A DNA stretch of 64,000 bases, taken from positions 3,425,688 to 3,489,687 of the forward strand of contig CP070758.1 in NCBI GenBank assembly GCA_020348925.1. Direction: 5' to 3'. The DNA comes from Gemmatimonadota bacterium. Lineage in GTDB: Bacteria > JBHIER01 > G020348925. The position numbers and the translations under genes are program-made. The notes below the pieces were generated by a model, which was given only the letters and a program-made list of their open reading frames with translations, made no database searches and was not told the origin of the DNA. Below, piece after piece: positions 1 through 10,682 of the stretch (position 1 is the stretch's first letter; each line of letters begins with the position of its first letter).

Positions 1-1728
1 CGTCGCATGACGAAGAAGCACCGTGCCTTTCATCCCAGCGTTGACAGGTTCGGCAACATGGTGTATATAGTTCAGAAACGTGGGCAGACGAATCTCTGTT
101 TACAAAAAGAAGGGGATGAAGAAGTTGTGTTGATAGAGGGCGCTGATGAGACGTACTTCTTTGCTCCACAATTTTCACCGGAAGGGAATGCGGTTGCGCT
201 CCCCGTCTGGCAGAGGGGTGGATTGATGGATCTCTGGATATATCAATTTGAGGACAGTTCATTCTTCTCCTTGTGCGAAGATGAAGCGTGGGATATCACG
301 CCATCCTGGTCACCCGACGGGAGATTTATTCTGTTTTCATCGGATAGAACAGGCGTCTTCAACATTTTTGCCTATCATATTCGCGATGGTGCATTTTTCC
401 AAATTACGAACGTCGTGGGCGGAGCGTTTTACCCTCGAGTTTCTCATGACGGACAAAAAATTGCCTTCGTCGGTTACCATTCGAATGGATTTGATGTCTC
501 CGTGATGGACATGCCGGATATTGAAAATCTAACCTCTTTTCGTCTCGAGGACAATGGTGCTCACAAGGGAGATCATTTCGTATACGGTTATAAAAAGAGT
601 TCATCCGCCTTCATAAAGAATACTTCAATACCAACGATTCTCACTCCTGGTGTCCCAGTGAGGAAATACAACCCGCTTCAAACACTTTTCAAGCCAATTC
701 GCTTTCCGTTTTTATCTGTCGATGATACGAGCGGTGTTTTGGGAATATTTCTGTTGGGGAAAGATGTGTTGAATCAACATTTTTACACGGTCCTCGCTTC
801 GTACAGTCTCGGGCACAAGCGTCCGATATACAGCATTGATTATCTCAACTCGCAGTGGTACCCCAATGTCTTATTCCATGCTGAGGATCTCATACTGCCC
901 CGTGACCTGGATGCTCCGTTGAGAAATGATGACAGCGAATTTTATTGGGAACGCGTTCAAAAGTACGCCATCGGTATTGAATTGCCATTTGTAAAAATTG
1001 ACCGGAAATTTTCTGTCCAAGCAGGACTTGGTCTGTCAAAATATACGGATGCTGAAGGAGAATTTCCGTCGGAAAACAGTCCCTATTTTCAGGGACAATT
1101 GGGTTATTCCTACGGCACTCTTAGATATTCAAGTGCTCGTCGATACCCACGATACATAAGTTATGAAGAGGGTATCTCTGTTGAGACCGGATTCGAACGA
1201 TATGACAAAGCGCTCTCAAGCGATCATACCTTTTCTCTGGGAAAACTGTCGATTCAGAAATATATTCGAGTGCCTGGTACCCGGCATCATGTCCTCTTTA
1301 CAGGGTTCGGTGTCCACTCGACCGATATTCAAAACACAAGAAATTCATTATCGATTTTGTCCAAATCCATCAGAGGATTTGTGGATGTCGACTGGCGAAA
1401 AAGAGCCTATGAGAGTACGCTAGAATATCGCGTGCAACTCATGAATGTCGAAAGGGGCTATGGAACGTGGCCCGTTTATCTGAGACAAATCCATAGTTCA
1501 CTGTTTACAGACTATCTATACTATTTTGATACACAGAGAACTGCGAACGAATTGGCTTCATCTGGAATCGAGCTCTCTGTTGATTTCCTGGTGGGGTACT
1601 TGATCCCAGTGACGCTATCCTTCGGTTACGCGCACCCCTGGAAAGGAGACGACAGCTTCTTTCATTCAAGAGTGTACTGGAACGTCAACCTCAGTCTGGG
1701 AGGTCTGTCTCATGCGTCTTCACGATGA
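1..1728 (+). CDS. Outer-membrane protein with TolB-like PD40 beta-propeller repeats and a C-terminal BamA/Omp85-like barrel (5'-truncated by window)
   Basis: PD40-type repeats (PQFSPEG, PSWSPDGRFILFSSDRTGVFNIF, PRVSHDGQKIAF) followed by an aromatic, beta-strand-rich C-terminus (LEYR, SSGIEL, LSFGYA). The frame is open to base 1. Confidence 0.7.
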   Translation, partial: RRMTKKHRAFHPSVDRFGNMVYIVQKRGQTNLCLQKEGDEEVVLIEGADETYFFAPQFSPEGNAVALPVWQRGGLMDLWIYQFEDSSFFSLCEDEAWDITPSWSPDGRFILFSSDRTGVFNIFAYHIRDGAFFQITNVVGGAFYPRVSHDGQKIAFVGYHSNGFDVSVMDMPDIENLTSFRLEDNGAHKGDHFVYGYKKSSSAFIKNTSIPTILTPGVPVRKYNPLQTLFKPIRFPFLSVDDTSGVLGIFLLGKDVLNQHFYTVLASYSLGHKRPIYSIDYLNSQWYPNVLFHAEDLILPRDLDAPLRNDDSEFYWERVQKYAIGIELPFVKIDRKFSVQAGLGLSKYTDAEGEFPSENSPYFQGQLGYSYGTLRYSSARRYPRYISYEEGISVETGFERYDKALSSDHTFSLGKLSIQKYIRVPGTRHHVLFTGFGVHSTDIQNTRNSLSILSKSIRGFVDVDWRKRAYESTLEYRVQLMNVERGYGTWPVYLRQIHSSLFTDYLYYFDTQRTANELASSGIELSVDFLVGYLIPVTLSFGYAHPWKGDDSFFHSRVYWNVNLSLGGLSHASSR

Positions 1729-1883
1729 TATGTGCAGAGGGTCCGACCGGACGAACAGAAAATGTTTCGTCGCGTGAATTTGTGAGTACAGAGTTCCGTT
1801 TCTTCGGAGTGATTTTCAGCATGGACGGCGCGAAGGCGTGGCCTCAGGAAAGAGAAAAAGAAGCAACAAGAGGGGATTAAGCC

Positions 1884-2468
1884 TTGATACAACACGATTC
1901 ACAGGAGAGAAAAGGAAAAATCGCCACACGGCATCTTGTAGCGGTTGCTTTCTTTGTGGCATTGACGGCAGTTGGGGCGAAAATAGAGATACCTCTGCCG
2001 TATGTCCCCTTCACCCTGCAGACTCTCTTCGTCCTGTTGGCCGGGATGCTTTTAGGCTCACGACTCGGAGCTTTGAGCCAACTGATGTATCTGGTCATAG
2101 GTCTTATAGGTGTGCCGGTGTTTGCCAGGGGTGGGGGCGTGGGCTATATACTCCAACCGACCTTCGGCTATCTTGTCGGCTTTGTGCCAGCTGCCTATGT
2201 GGTCGGAGCGCTCGTCGAGGGAAAAAAAGAAATCCGCTTTTTTTACGCTCTCGTGACTTCGCTCTGCGGTCTCCTGATTGTATATCTGTTCGGCCTCACA
2301 TATCTGTGGATCTGCACAAACTTCATTCTCGGTAAAGATCTGAATCTGATGCAAACGGTAAAAGTCGGTTTTCTTCTCCTGCTCCCCGGGGCGGCTGTGA
2401 AGGCGGTTTCTTCGGCTCTTATTGGGATCGAGGTCCGCAGACGATTGATGAACATTGTTCGAATGTAA
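1884..2468 (+). CDS. bioY: Biotin transporter BioY
   Basis: Hydrophobic 194 aa with PLPYVPFTLQTLFVLLAG, GVPVFARG and PTFGYLVGF signatures. Confidence 0.93.
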   Translation: MIQHDSQERKGKIATRHLVAVAFFVALTAVGAKIEIPLPYVPFTLQTLFVLLAGMLLGSRLGALSQLMYLVIGLIGVPVFARGGGVGYILQPTFGYLVGFVPAAYVVGALVEGKKEIRFFYALVTSLCGLLIVYLFGLTYLWICTNFILGKDLNLMQTVKVGFLLLLPGAAVKAVSSALIGIEVRRRLMNIVRM

Positions 2469-2538
2469 AACGGACCGTGCGGAGGACGGTGCGTGGTGTC
2501 GGTGGTTCGTACGGAACGGAGAGGGGAAGGAGGGAAAC

Positions 2539-3567
2539 CTATAAAAGCGCACTCACCGTGATACGATGAACGAAGCCAAGTTCCCCAAAGGAGGATAAGG
2601 CGTAATCGAGGGTATAGGAACGAAGATTGAGCCCAAAACCTCCGGTGAAACCGACAAAGGTGTCTTTGCTGCTGCCCACTTTGAGATCCGAACTGTTCAC
2701 CCTGTAACCCATCCTGAAATGAAGGAGATCGTTCGGGGTCACTTCCGTCCCGAGGTTGAATTTGAAATTCGGTTCGTCGAGGTCCACGGGTCTGGCCAAG
2801 TCGATCGATTTGTTTATATCGAGGGCGATCAAAATTGGGAGATGGGCCAGTCGTAAGCCACCACCGAGTTTGAGATTTGCCGGAAGATCGTCTTTGTGGT
2901 CGTCGGTGAATCCGTTCAGAGTTGTTCCCAGATTCTGGAAAGCAGCGCCGACCGTTAATCCGGCCTCTACAGGAAGATGGTACTGGAAACCGAAGCTGAA
3001 GGCGACAGCTGTGGCAGAGTATTGATCGATACTCTCGCGGATGAGAGGATAAAGGGTTGCACCAACTGATATTTCATCGGTAACCAATCGTCCGTAACTC
3101 AGACCAATGGCGATATCATGAGCTCCGAAGGAACCACCGTGTTCAATTTGACCAGTGGTTTCATTGAAGTCAATCTGATCAATATTGCCGTAGTTCACGT
3201 ATTGTACCGTGATCCCAAAGACGCCCATGTTTTTGTACGGCTGGGTATACCCGATGAATCCCGATTGGATGTCCAATAAGTAATTGCGGTAGGTCGCAGT
3301 GGCTTGTTTCGCCTCGATCCAGGCCAAGCCGGAAGGATTCCAATAGGAACAATGAATATCGCCCCGCACCCCGGCGAAGGCACCGCCCATGGCAACCGGG
3401 CGAGCCCCTGCCCCGATTTTCAAGAAGCCATACCCCGTCGTTCCCGCTTTCGAATCAATGTCTGAGCATAACACAGGTTGGGATATAAGAGTTACCGCGA
3501 GAGCTGTCAAGACAAGTGCAACAAAAAAGACTGAGCGCATAATTTTCTCCTGTACTGAATCACACAT
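2539..3567 (-). CDS. PorV/PorQ-family outer-membrane beta-barrel
   Basis: Signal peptide, FLKIGAGARPVAMGGAF, YWNPSGLA, and C-terminal DYA...LG..HR motif. Confidence 0.8.
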   Translation of the reverse strand: MCDSVQEKIMRSVFFVALVLTALAVTLISQPVLCSDIDSKAGTTGYGFLKIGAGARPVAMGGAFAGVRGDIHCSYWNPSGLAWIEAKQATATYRNYLLDIQSGFIGYTQPYKNMGVFGITVQYVNYGNIDQIDFNETTGQIEHGGSFGAHDIAIGLSYGRLVTDEISVGATLYPLIRESIDQYSATAVAFSFGFQYHLPVEAGLTVGAAFQNLGTTLNGFTDDHKDDLPANLKLGGGLRLAHLPILIALDINKSIDLARPVDLDEPNFKFNLGTEVTPNDLLHFRMGYRVNSSDLKVGSSKDTFVGFTGGFGLNLRSYTLDYALSSFGELGFVHRITVSALL

Positions 3568-3610
3568 GATACATCAAAAGAACGCCCGGCTCGAACCGAA
3601 GTTCCCCGAA

Positions 3611-3639
3611 AGTATAACGTTCCAAAATGCGCAAGTCAA
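3611..3639 (-). promoter_or_regulatory. Sigma70-type promoter for porV-like gene
   Basis: TTGACT-17 bp-TATACT on the minus strand. Confidence 0.55.
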
Positions 3640-3726
3640 GAAATTTTTATAAGATAGCAAACTATACGGTGAGCCATCGGGGCATCCCTTCCTGCGGCGT
3701 TTTTTTCCCACACTGTTAAAAAATGC

Positions 3727-3755
3727 TTGACTTTCCATACTATACATTGTATTTT
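3727..3755 (+). promoter_or_regulatory. Sigma70-type promoter for smc
   Basis: TTGACT-17 bp-TATTTT, about 50 bp upstream of the smc ATG. Confidence 0.5.
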
Positions 3756-3804
3756 GAAGTTCCAATAGACCCAAGGTGTTGTGTTTCTATGAGAAAAGAG
3801 TAAA

Positions 3805-6800
3805 ATGTACCTTTCAGAATTACAAATTGTCGGATTTAAGTCCTTTGCACAGAAACTGAACCTTGAATTCGGAGACGGCATCACAGCGATTGTTGGCCCG
3901 AACGGATGTGGAAAAACGAACATCGTCGACGCCATTCGCTGGGTTCTGGGTGAACAACGCCCCAGCATCCTCCGTACGGACCGGATGGAGGAGGTTATTT
4001 TCAACGGCTCCAATGGACGAAAGTCGCTGGGCATGGCTGAGGTCTCCCTGAAGATCGAAAATACGAAGAATATCCTGCCCATCGAGTTCTCCCAGGTTCA
4101 GATCACCCGTCGTCTGTTCCGGTCCGGCGAGAGCGATTACCTGTTGAACAAAACGTCCTGTCGACACAAAGATATCATCGATCTCTTTCTCGACACAGGG
4201 ATGGGCGCCCATGCCTATTCCGTTATTGAATTGAGTATGGTGGACGATATTCTCAGCGACCGGGCCGAGGCGAGGCGCCGCCTTTTTGACGAAGCATCCG
4301 GGGTCATGAAGTATAAGGTTCGTCGGCACGAAGCGATGAACAAGCTGAGGGCGACTGAAGCGGATTTGCTGCGTATCAGTGATATCGTGTCCGAAGTGGA
4401 GAAGAAAGTTCGAAGTCTGAAGTATCAGGTGGGCAAAGCTCGTCGATTCGAAACCTACAAGGATCGGTTGAGAAACTTGGAAATCGCTTCAGCAAAAAGG
4501 GAGCGAGAGGCCATTCACAGGGAACTCGGTCCTCTTCAGGAGCATTTGTCTCAGTTCCAGGAGGAACAGGAACGCATTACAGAACACATTGCCCAGGAGG
4601 AGGAGACACTCCAGCACCTCCGAACGCAATACCAGAGTGCATTACGCGAACGCTCCCAACTTCAGGTCCGGATTCAGGAATATGCCGATGCAATGCACAA
4701 GGTTGAGGAGTCTCTATCCGTCGCCCGGGAGCGGGTGCGATCTCTGGAAGAACGCATAGAGCGTAATTCGGAGGAAACGAAGGGATTGCATCAACGAATG
4801 AAAGTGACCGGGGAACAAAAAATCAGATCTGAAAAAGATTTGGTTCAGGTTTCTCAAGATCTTGTTGAACAGAGAAAGGCGCACTCCGAAAGTCAGAAGA
4901 AACTCTCCGACAGCGACAAAACATATGTCCAACATAAAATTGCTGCTGCCCAGGGGGAAAGAAAAATCGCAGAACTGTTGCCTTTGTTTGCGGAACAAGC
5001 CAAGGAACTCGATCATTTGAAAGCCCAATATGACATGCTCCATGCGAGAAAAAGTGAGCTGGAACAGGAAAAGAAGCGCGTTCAAACGAGCACTGAGGAA
5101 CTGGACCGGAACATTCTGAGGGTTCGGGGCGAGCTCGAGGAGACACACAAGACGCTCCAGAAAATGTTGGTCACAAAGGGCGAGTGTGAAAAAAAGCTTC
5201 ACACGCTCGAGCGTGATCGAAAACAAAGCGATGAGGCATTGTGGGCTGTGAACTCGGAGAGTGCATCACTGCAGGCCAAACTGAGGGTGCTTGAGCAATC
5301 ACTCGATGAGGGACAAGGATACTCAGCCGGGGTGAAATATATAGTCTCTCACTCACCAAGAATTCCCGGTGTTCGGGCAGTTTTTGGAGACATACTTGAA
5401 ATACCGTCCGAGTTGACAAAGGCCCTCCAGGTGGCGTTAGGCAGCGTCGAACAATATATTTTGACGGACAATACCGCGGCTGCACTGAAGGCTGTTCATC
5501 AACTCCGGGAGAGCGAAAAAGGATGCGCCTATTTCCTCCCTTTGGACGCCATCCCCCGGCGTGAAGCGAAGCGGTTTGATCCTGCCACCCTCAAGGGAAA
5601 CGGATTTGTCGGCTGGGCCACAGATCTTGTATCGTGTTCACATGAATTTCACCGGGCCAAGGAATTTCTCCTTCGTGATATTATTGTGGTCGAGGATGTA
5701 GAGAGCGCTCTTGCCTTCCAACATAACCTTCGTGAAATGACATCTATTGAAAATGGGTACACTGTGGTTACGCTTGACGGCACTCTTGTCCGGTCCGGCG
5801 TTATCGGAGGCGGTACGGCAGGGGAGGGAGGGGATGGCTTGATTGGTCGCAGGGCTGAGGTTGAGCAACTCAACTCGCAATTGCGAAACCTCAGAATCAC
5901 ACTGGACGAAAGAAAGAAGCGGCACGATGAAATTCAGGCCAAGTGCGACCGGACACTGCAGGAGATTGAATCCCTTAACGGTCATGTCGAGGAACATCGC
6001 ATCAAAGTGCTGGAGCTCGAGAAATCTATGGGAAATTTGGAACTGCAAAAATCAGGTCTCCGTGACAGATCGCAATCGCTCGGTACTTCACAGGAGACTC
6101 TGGTATCCCAAGCTGAAGAACTCAGCGAGCGGATTCGATTGTCTGAAGCTCGAGTCACGGAGATTGAACAAGAGAAGAAAGAGGCCGAGTCATGTGGACG
6201 GCAGCTTCGTTCGGAACTCAGCGAGTACGAGGCAGAGAAAGAAGCCAAAACGAAGGAGGTTCAGGAACTCAACTTGAAAGTCGTAAGCTTACAGTGGCGC
6301 TGCAATCAACTGAAGGAGGATATACAGCGGCTTGGGGAGATTGAGAAAGACATCAAAGGGACGTTACAGCGGAAAGTGAAGGAGACAAGCGAGGCAAAGA
6401 GTGAAATTGAGCAGCTGCAGTGTGCAATAGCCGAAAAGAATGCGGAGCTTGAAACACTCCTTCAAAAAAATACGGATCTCAAAGAGAGGCTATCAACCCA
6501 GGGGGAAGCGTATACTACACTGGAACAAGACATTGAAGCTTGTGAGGAAGAAATCAGAGGATTGCGCCTATCCGAGCAAGAGACCCGCGAGAGGGTCCAC
6601 GACTCGGAGATGAAAATTTCAGATCTCGAACACCGCGCCCGGCATCGCAAGGAACGCATTCTGGATGAATACGGGATAGATGTGGACGCCGCCGAACTGT
6701 CGGAGGACTTTGACGTCGAACATGCTCCACAATCAATCGAACGGTTGAAAGAGAAGATACGACATCTGGGACCGGTGAATCTGCTCGCGTTGAAAGAGTA

Positions 6801-7368
6801 CGAGGAGGAGCATGACCGATTTGAGTTTCTTGCTTCTCAGCGCAATGACTTGTTGGAAGCCAAGGAATCTCTCAAAGAGACGATTACGGAAATCAACAGG
6901 ACGGCTCGAAAGCGTTTTACGAAAACCTATACCCTCATTAGAAAGAATTTCCGAGAAACGTTTCTTCAATTCTTCGGAAAAGGGCAGGCGAATCTCCAAT
7001 TAACACCCGGAGTTGATCCTTTGGAAGCCGACATTGAAATTCGCGCCTGCACTCGCGGAACGATACCTGGAAGTATCGATGCCTTTTCGGGCGGCGAAAA
7101 GACCCTGACGGCGATATCGCTTCTTTTTGCCATCTATCTCGTGAAGCCGAGTCCCTTCTGTATTCTCGATGAGATCGATGCCCCGCTTGATGACGCAAAC
7201 GTCGTCAGATTTTCGGCCGCCCTGAAAGAGTTTGCCAAATCGACTCAATTTATCGTTGTGACGCACAATAAAAAGACAATGGAAGGTGCTGACAGACTCT
7301 ACGGAGTGACCATGGAGGAGGAAGGTATCTCCAAACTCGTGTCGGTAAAATTCGAGGAAGCAGCTTGA
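3805..7368 (+). CDS. smc: Chromosome segregation protein SMC
   Basis: GFKSFA, Walker A GPNGCGKTN, long coiled coils with hinge, SGGEK signature, Walker B ILDEIDAPLD; 1187 aa. Confidence 0.97.
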   Translation: MYLSELQIVGFKSFAQKLNLEFGDGITAIVGPNGCGKTNIVDAIRWVLGEQRPSILRTDRMEEVIFNGSNGRKSLGMAEVSLKIENTKNILPIEFSQVQITRRLFRSGESDYLLNKTSCRHKDIIDLFLDTGMGAHAYSVIELSMVDDILSDRAEARRRLFDEASGVMKYKVRRHEAMNKLRATEADLLRISDIVSEVEKKVRSLKYQVGKARRFETYKDRLRNLEIASAKREREAIHRELGPLQEHLSQFQEEQERITEHIAQEEETLQHLRTQYQSALRERSQLQVRIQEYADAMHKVEESLSVARERVRSLEERIERNSEETKGLHQRMKVTGEQKIRSEKDLVQVSQDLVEQRKAHSESQKKLSDSDKTYVQHKIAAAQGERKIAELLPLFAEQAKELDHLKAQYDMLHARKSELEQEKKRVQTSTEELDRNILRVRGELEETHKTLQKMLVTKGECEKKLHTLERDRKQSDEALWAVNSESASLQAKLRVLEQSLDEGQGYSAGVKYIVSHSPRIPGVRAVFGDILEIPSELTKALQVALGSVEQYILTDNTAAALKAVHQLRESEKGCAYFLPLDAIPRREAKRFDPATLKGNGFVGWATDLVSCSHEFHRAKEFLLRDIIVVEDVESALAFQHNLREMTSIENGYTVVTLDGTLVRSGVIGGGTAGEGGDGLIGRRAEVEQLNSQLRNLRITLDERKKRHDEIQAKCDRTLQEIESLNGHVEEHRIKVLELEKSMGNLELQKSGLRDRSQSLGTSQETLVSQAEELSERIRLSEARVTEIEQEKKEAESCGRQLRSELSEYEAEKEAKTKEVQELNLKVVSLQWRCNQLKEDIQRLGEIEKDIKGTLQRKVKETSEAKSEIEQLQCAIAEKNAELETLLQKNTDLKERLSTQGEAYTTLEQDIEACEEEIRGLRLSEQETRERVHDSEMKISDLEHRARHRKERILDEYGIDVDAAELSEDFDVEHAPQSIERLKEKIRHLGPVNLLALKEYEEEHDRFEFLASQRNDLLEAKESLKETITEINRTARKRFTKTYTLIRKNFRETFLQFFGKGQANLQLTPGVDPLEADIEIRACTRGTIPGSIDAFSGGEKTLTAISLLFAIYLVKPSPFCILDEIDAPLDDANVVRFSAALKEFAKSTQFIVVTHNKKTMEGADRLYGVTMEEEGISKLVSVKFEEAA

Positions 7369-7476
7369 GGGACAATAAATTCTCTTGATCGTAGAGTTCT
7401 CGTATCTTATCTTTTCCGGGCGGCCCATGTGGGCCGCTTTTTCATTGACACAAATGACACAGGAGGCTCAATCAGA

Positions 7477-8400
7477 ATGGGTATCGTCGAACGACTGAGA
7501 GAGGGGCTGCAACAGACCCGGCAAAATTTGATCGGGCGGATAACCGATGCCATCATCGGCAGGAGTAAAATTGATGATGATCTCATGGATGAAGTCGAGG
7601 ATATTCTACTTCAAACCGATGTCGGCGTGAACATGGTCTCGAAAATCATCGATAACATCAGAGATCGCATCGACAAGGAGAGTGCGAATGCTCCAGAACG
7701 TATCGTCCCGTTCTTGAAGGATGAAATCAGAAGCGTGTTTATGACTGAGAGGGCACCTGCCGGACCTTTGCCCCCATCGTCGTCAACTCGTCCTCATGTT
7801 ATTTTAATGGTCGGTGTGAATGGTACGGGGAAAACGACGACGATCGGAAAACTGGCCTATCGCTATAAAAACCAAGGGAACAAGGTCCTTTTGGCGGCAG
7901 CCGACACGTTTCGCGCGGCGGCCATTGAACAGCTTGAAATTTGGGCAGACCGTGCGGATGTGGATATCGTGAGCCATCAAATGGGTGCCGATCCAGCATC
8001 GGTGGCCTTCGATTCCTTCAAGGCGGCTCGCGCCAGGGAGGTCGATGTGCTCATTATTGATACAGCGGGCCGTTTGCAAACGAAAGTAAACCTCATGGAG
8101 GAGGTAAAAAAAATAAAACGAGTTCTGACGAAACAGCAGGAGGGAATCCCCCAGGAAACCCTCATGGTGCTTGATGCGACGACCGGTCAGAACGGAATAT
8201 CCCAGGCGAAGCGCTTTCATGAAGCGTTGAATCTGACAGGTATTGTTTTGACGAAACTGGATGGAACGGCCAAAGGGGGCATTGTCGTTGCCATCAAAGA
8301 TCAATTGAACATTCCGGTTACGATGATCGGTATCGGCGAGAACATCGAAGACCTGCGTGACTTTGATCCCGAGGAATTCGTGGACGCTCTTTTCGGGTAA
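7477..8400 (+). CDS. ftsY: Signal recognition particle receptor FtsY
   Basis: GVNGTGKTTTIGKLA, DTFRAAA, DTAGR, TKLDGTAKGG; follows smc. Start chosen at the ATG after GGAGG. Confidence 0.96.
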   Translation: MGIVERLREGLQQTRQNLIGRITDAIIGRSKIDDDLMDEVEDILLQTDVGVNMVSKIIDNIRDRIDKESANAPERIVPFLKDEIRSVFMTERAPAGPLPPSSSTRPHVILMVGVNGTGKTTTIGKLAYRYKNQGNKVLLAAADTFRAAAIEQLEIWADRADVDIVSHQMGADPASVAFDSFKAARAREVDVLIIDTAGRLQTKVNLMEEVKKIKRVLTKQQEGIPQETLMVLDATTGQNGISQAKRFHEALNLTGIVLTKLDGTAKGGIVVAIKDQLNIPVTMIGIGENIEDLRDFDPEEFVDALFG

Positions 8401-8521
8401 CCTTGCATGGAAGTGATGAGGTTCGAAAGGATCTATGAAGCGGGCAATGAGGGGAAGGGTAGGATTGATGGCTCCGGAACACTTTCAAAGTGTCGAATGA
8501 ATACTTCATTCCAAGAGACCT

Positions 8522-8905
8522 TTATGGTCTCTTGGAATTGCTTTTGTAGCTTTGAACAAACTCCTCATCGAAATCATAACCGTCCTTGAAATCCTCGATA
8601 CTGTCACTTTCAGTTTTCCCCATCAACCCAGCCTCGACAAGATCGAACACAATTCGTCCAAAATTCTCTGTTTTTGTCACACCCCAGTATTCGAAAACGG
8701 TTTTGGTCATCGGCCCATATTCGGATTTCCCAAATTCACTGATGCCCTGGAGTAACTCCTGTCCTGTGACATGTCGGCGCTCGTTCAATTTTCGGAGGGT
8801 GTACTCCAAGGCCTCAAACATGAAAAGATACGCTTCTCTCTTATATTTCCCGCTTTTTTCAGCTATGGTCTCTATGAGGTCGATCGCCTCTTTTGTGAGT
8901 TCCAT
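8522..8905 (-). CDS. Minf_1886-like (Verrucomicrobia/Planctomycetes-type) conserved protein
   Basis: YKREAYLFMFEALEYT, RHVTGQELL, YGPMTKTVFEYWGV, FGRIVFDLVE, DSIEDF match my recollection of this family. Confidence 0.75.
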   Translation of the reverse strand: MELTKEAIDLIETIAEKSGKYKREAYLFMFEALEYTLRKLNERRHVTGQELLQGISEFGKSEYGPMTKTVFEYWGVTKTENFGRIVFDLVEAGLMGKTESDSIEDFKDGYDFDEEFVQSYKSNSKRP

Positions 8906-8912
8906 GGAACAG

Positions 8913-10382
8913 TCATCCTGTTTTCCCAAATGTTGTGTCATGCGCTGTGGCCACAACCACCTTGTCGAGGCCGCTGTGCTTTGCCTCGTATAAGGCCTTG
9001 TCGGCACGCTCAATAAGATCGTCCTTCGTGTTTACGTCTGGGTGCGGATAGGTGGCAACGCCGAGACTTATGGTAATATGAATTGTATCATCCGAAACGT
9101 GGAAGGCATGTTCTTTCACCGCAACTCTTATGCGTTCAGCAAGAAGTGCACCGTTTTCCGTTTGTGTCTCCGGCAGGACAGCGACGAATTCGTCTCCACC
9201 GTATCGAGCGAGAAGATCAACCTCTCGTGTGGATGTTTTTAAAATGTCGGCGACTTCCCGCAGAACGATATCCCCTTGGAGATGTCCATACGCATCGTTT
9301 ACTTTTTTGAAGAGATCGATGTCGAGCATAATGAGAGATAAGGGCGATCCGTACCGCCGGGATCGGTCCAGTTCGTGTTTCAGGCGCTCGTGGATTGTCC
9401 GATGATTGAAGAGTCCTGTGAAACCGTCCGTTGATGCCAGAAGTTGCGTGTGACGATGTTTTGAAGCGTTATCAATGAGGGTCGCGACGTAATCGGCGAT
9501 GATGGTGAGAAGCTGAGCGGTGTCAGCATCAAAGGCGGCAGAGCTCGCCCGAACAATCTGCACGAGTCCAATGACCTTCGACTGCACCAGAAGCGGTAAA
9601 CACAATTCGGAGTTGAAAGTACCGGCTGATACCTTTTCTTGTTGCTCCAGCTGTTCGGCTTTATAGTAGACTTGAATCGTCTCCGAGTTGAATTGTTTTT
9701 CACTCAGCGTCTTCCACGTTGTTATAAGGTTTTTTTTCATTTCAGGAAGATAGGTCTCAAAACCCGATTCCTTGCTGCGCACATGGAGCTGCGCCTCTTT
9801 TTCGCTCATGAGAAGTATGGCATAAACTTCGGCGGGCAACAGCGCCTCCAAGCCACGCAGAGTCGTGTCAATGATGTGATGGTAATCCACGGATACAATG
9901 AGATGCCTGCTGAGTTGAGAGAGACCGATCAAATCGTGAAGATGTTTTTTTACATCGGGTCGGAGTACTTCGGACTCTTTTAAAAGATTTTGTGTCTTTA
10001 ATGCGAACGAACGTTTTGCCAGAGCCTGGTTGATCTGGATTTGGAGCTCCGAAAAGGTGATCGGTTTTTCAATAAAGGAATTGGCGCCCAGGTTCAATGC
10101 AGCTACGGCCGAATCCACTGTAGCCTGACCCGTGACAATAATCACTTCTGTCATCGGATGATATTTTTTCGTCCGCTGTAAAACTTCCAAACCCGAGTAC
10201 CCATTCAGCGTGGTATCGGTGATTACAACCGCGTACTCTTGATGTTCGATCGCATGAAATGCACGATGCACATCGTCTTCGAGTTTGACGTCATACCCCA
10301 TGTTTTGGACGAGTTCGTTTAGAACGGTTTGTGACTCAAGATCTTGGTCGATGACTAAAATGGTATCGTTGTCTGCATTCAC
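8913..10382 (-). CDS. Response-regulator receiver-GAF-GGDEF diguanylate cyclase
   Basis: N-terminal REC (VVITD, IIVTG, FIEKP), GAF (LCLPLLVQSKVIGLV), GGDEF (DGFTGLFN, MLDIDLFKKVND, RYGGDEF) and an RxxD I-site (REVD). Confidence 0.92.
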   Translation of the reverse strand: MNADNDTILVIDQDLESQTVLNELVQNMGYDVKLEDDVHRAFHAIEHQEYAVVITDTTLNGYSGLEVLQRTKKYHPMTEVIIVTGQATVDSAVAALNLGANSFIEKPITFSELQIQINQALAKRSFALKTQNLLKESEVLRPDVKKHLHDLIGLSQLSRHLIVSVDYHHIIDTTLRGLEALLPAEVYAILLMSEKEAQLHVRSKESGFETYLPEMKKNLITTWKTLSEKQFNSETIQVYYKAEQLEQQEKVSAGTFNSELCLPLLVQSKVIGLVQIVRASSAAFDADTAQLLTIIADYVATLIDNASKHRHTQLLASTDGFTGLFNHRTIHERLKHELDRSRRYGSPLSLIMLDIDLFKKVNDAYGHLQGDIVLREVADILKTSTREVDLLARYGGDEFVAVLPETQTENGALLAERIRVAVKEHAFHVSDDTIHITISLGVATYPHPDVNTKDDLIERADKALYEAKHSGLDKVVVATAHDTTFGKTG

Positions 10383-10499
10383 TCTTTATTCTACCTTCGT
10401 TGTCTCCACCCGTGTACCTTCACCTACATCTGTTTCTCTTTTCTTCTGGACGTGTACCAGGTCGGCAGAAAAGACTGACACTTACTTCCATCAAAAAAT

Positions 10500-10515
10500 C
10501 GCAAAATACATGCCA
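10500..10515 (-). promoter_or_regulatory. Sigma54 (-24/-12) promoter
   Basis: TGGCAT-GTATT-TTGCG on the minus strand, about 120 bp upstream of the diguanylate cyclase start. Confidence 0.65.
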
Positions 10516-10682
10516 TTAGGGAAAAGAAGAGCGGTGTTCCAAGGGAAATTGTCTATCTCCAATGCTCGAAGATACCTACGAGAATCAACCTTGAATTGAT
10601 TTCAATCTCGGGATCTCTTTTTTGACAATTTTTTGCAAAACACACCATCAAAGTACCGTGTGAAGAGAGAAGGTATCCGCAA

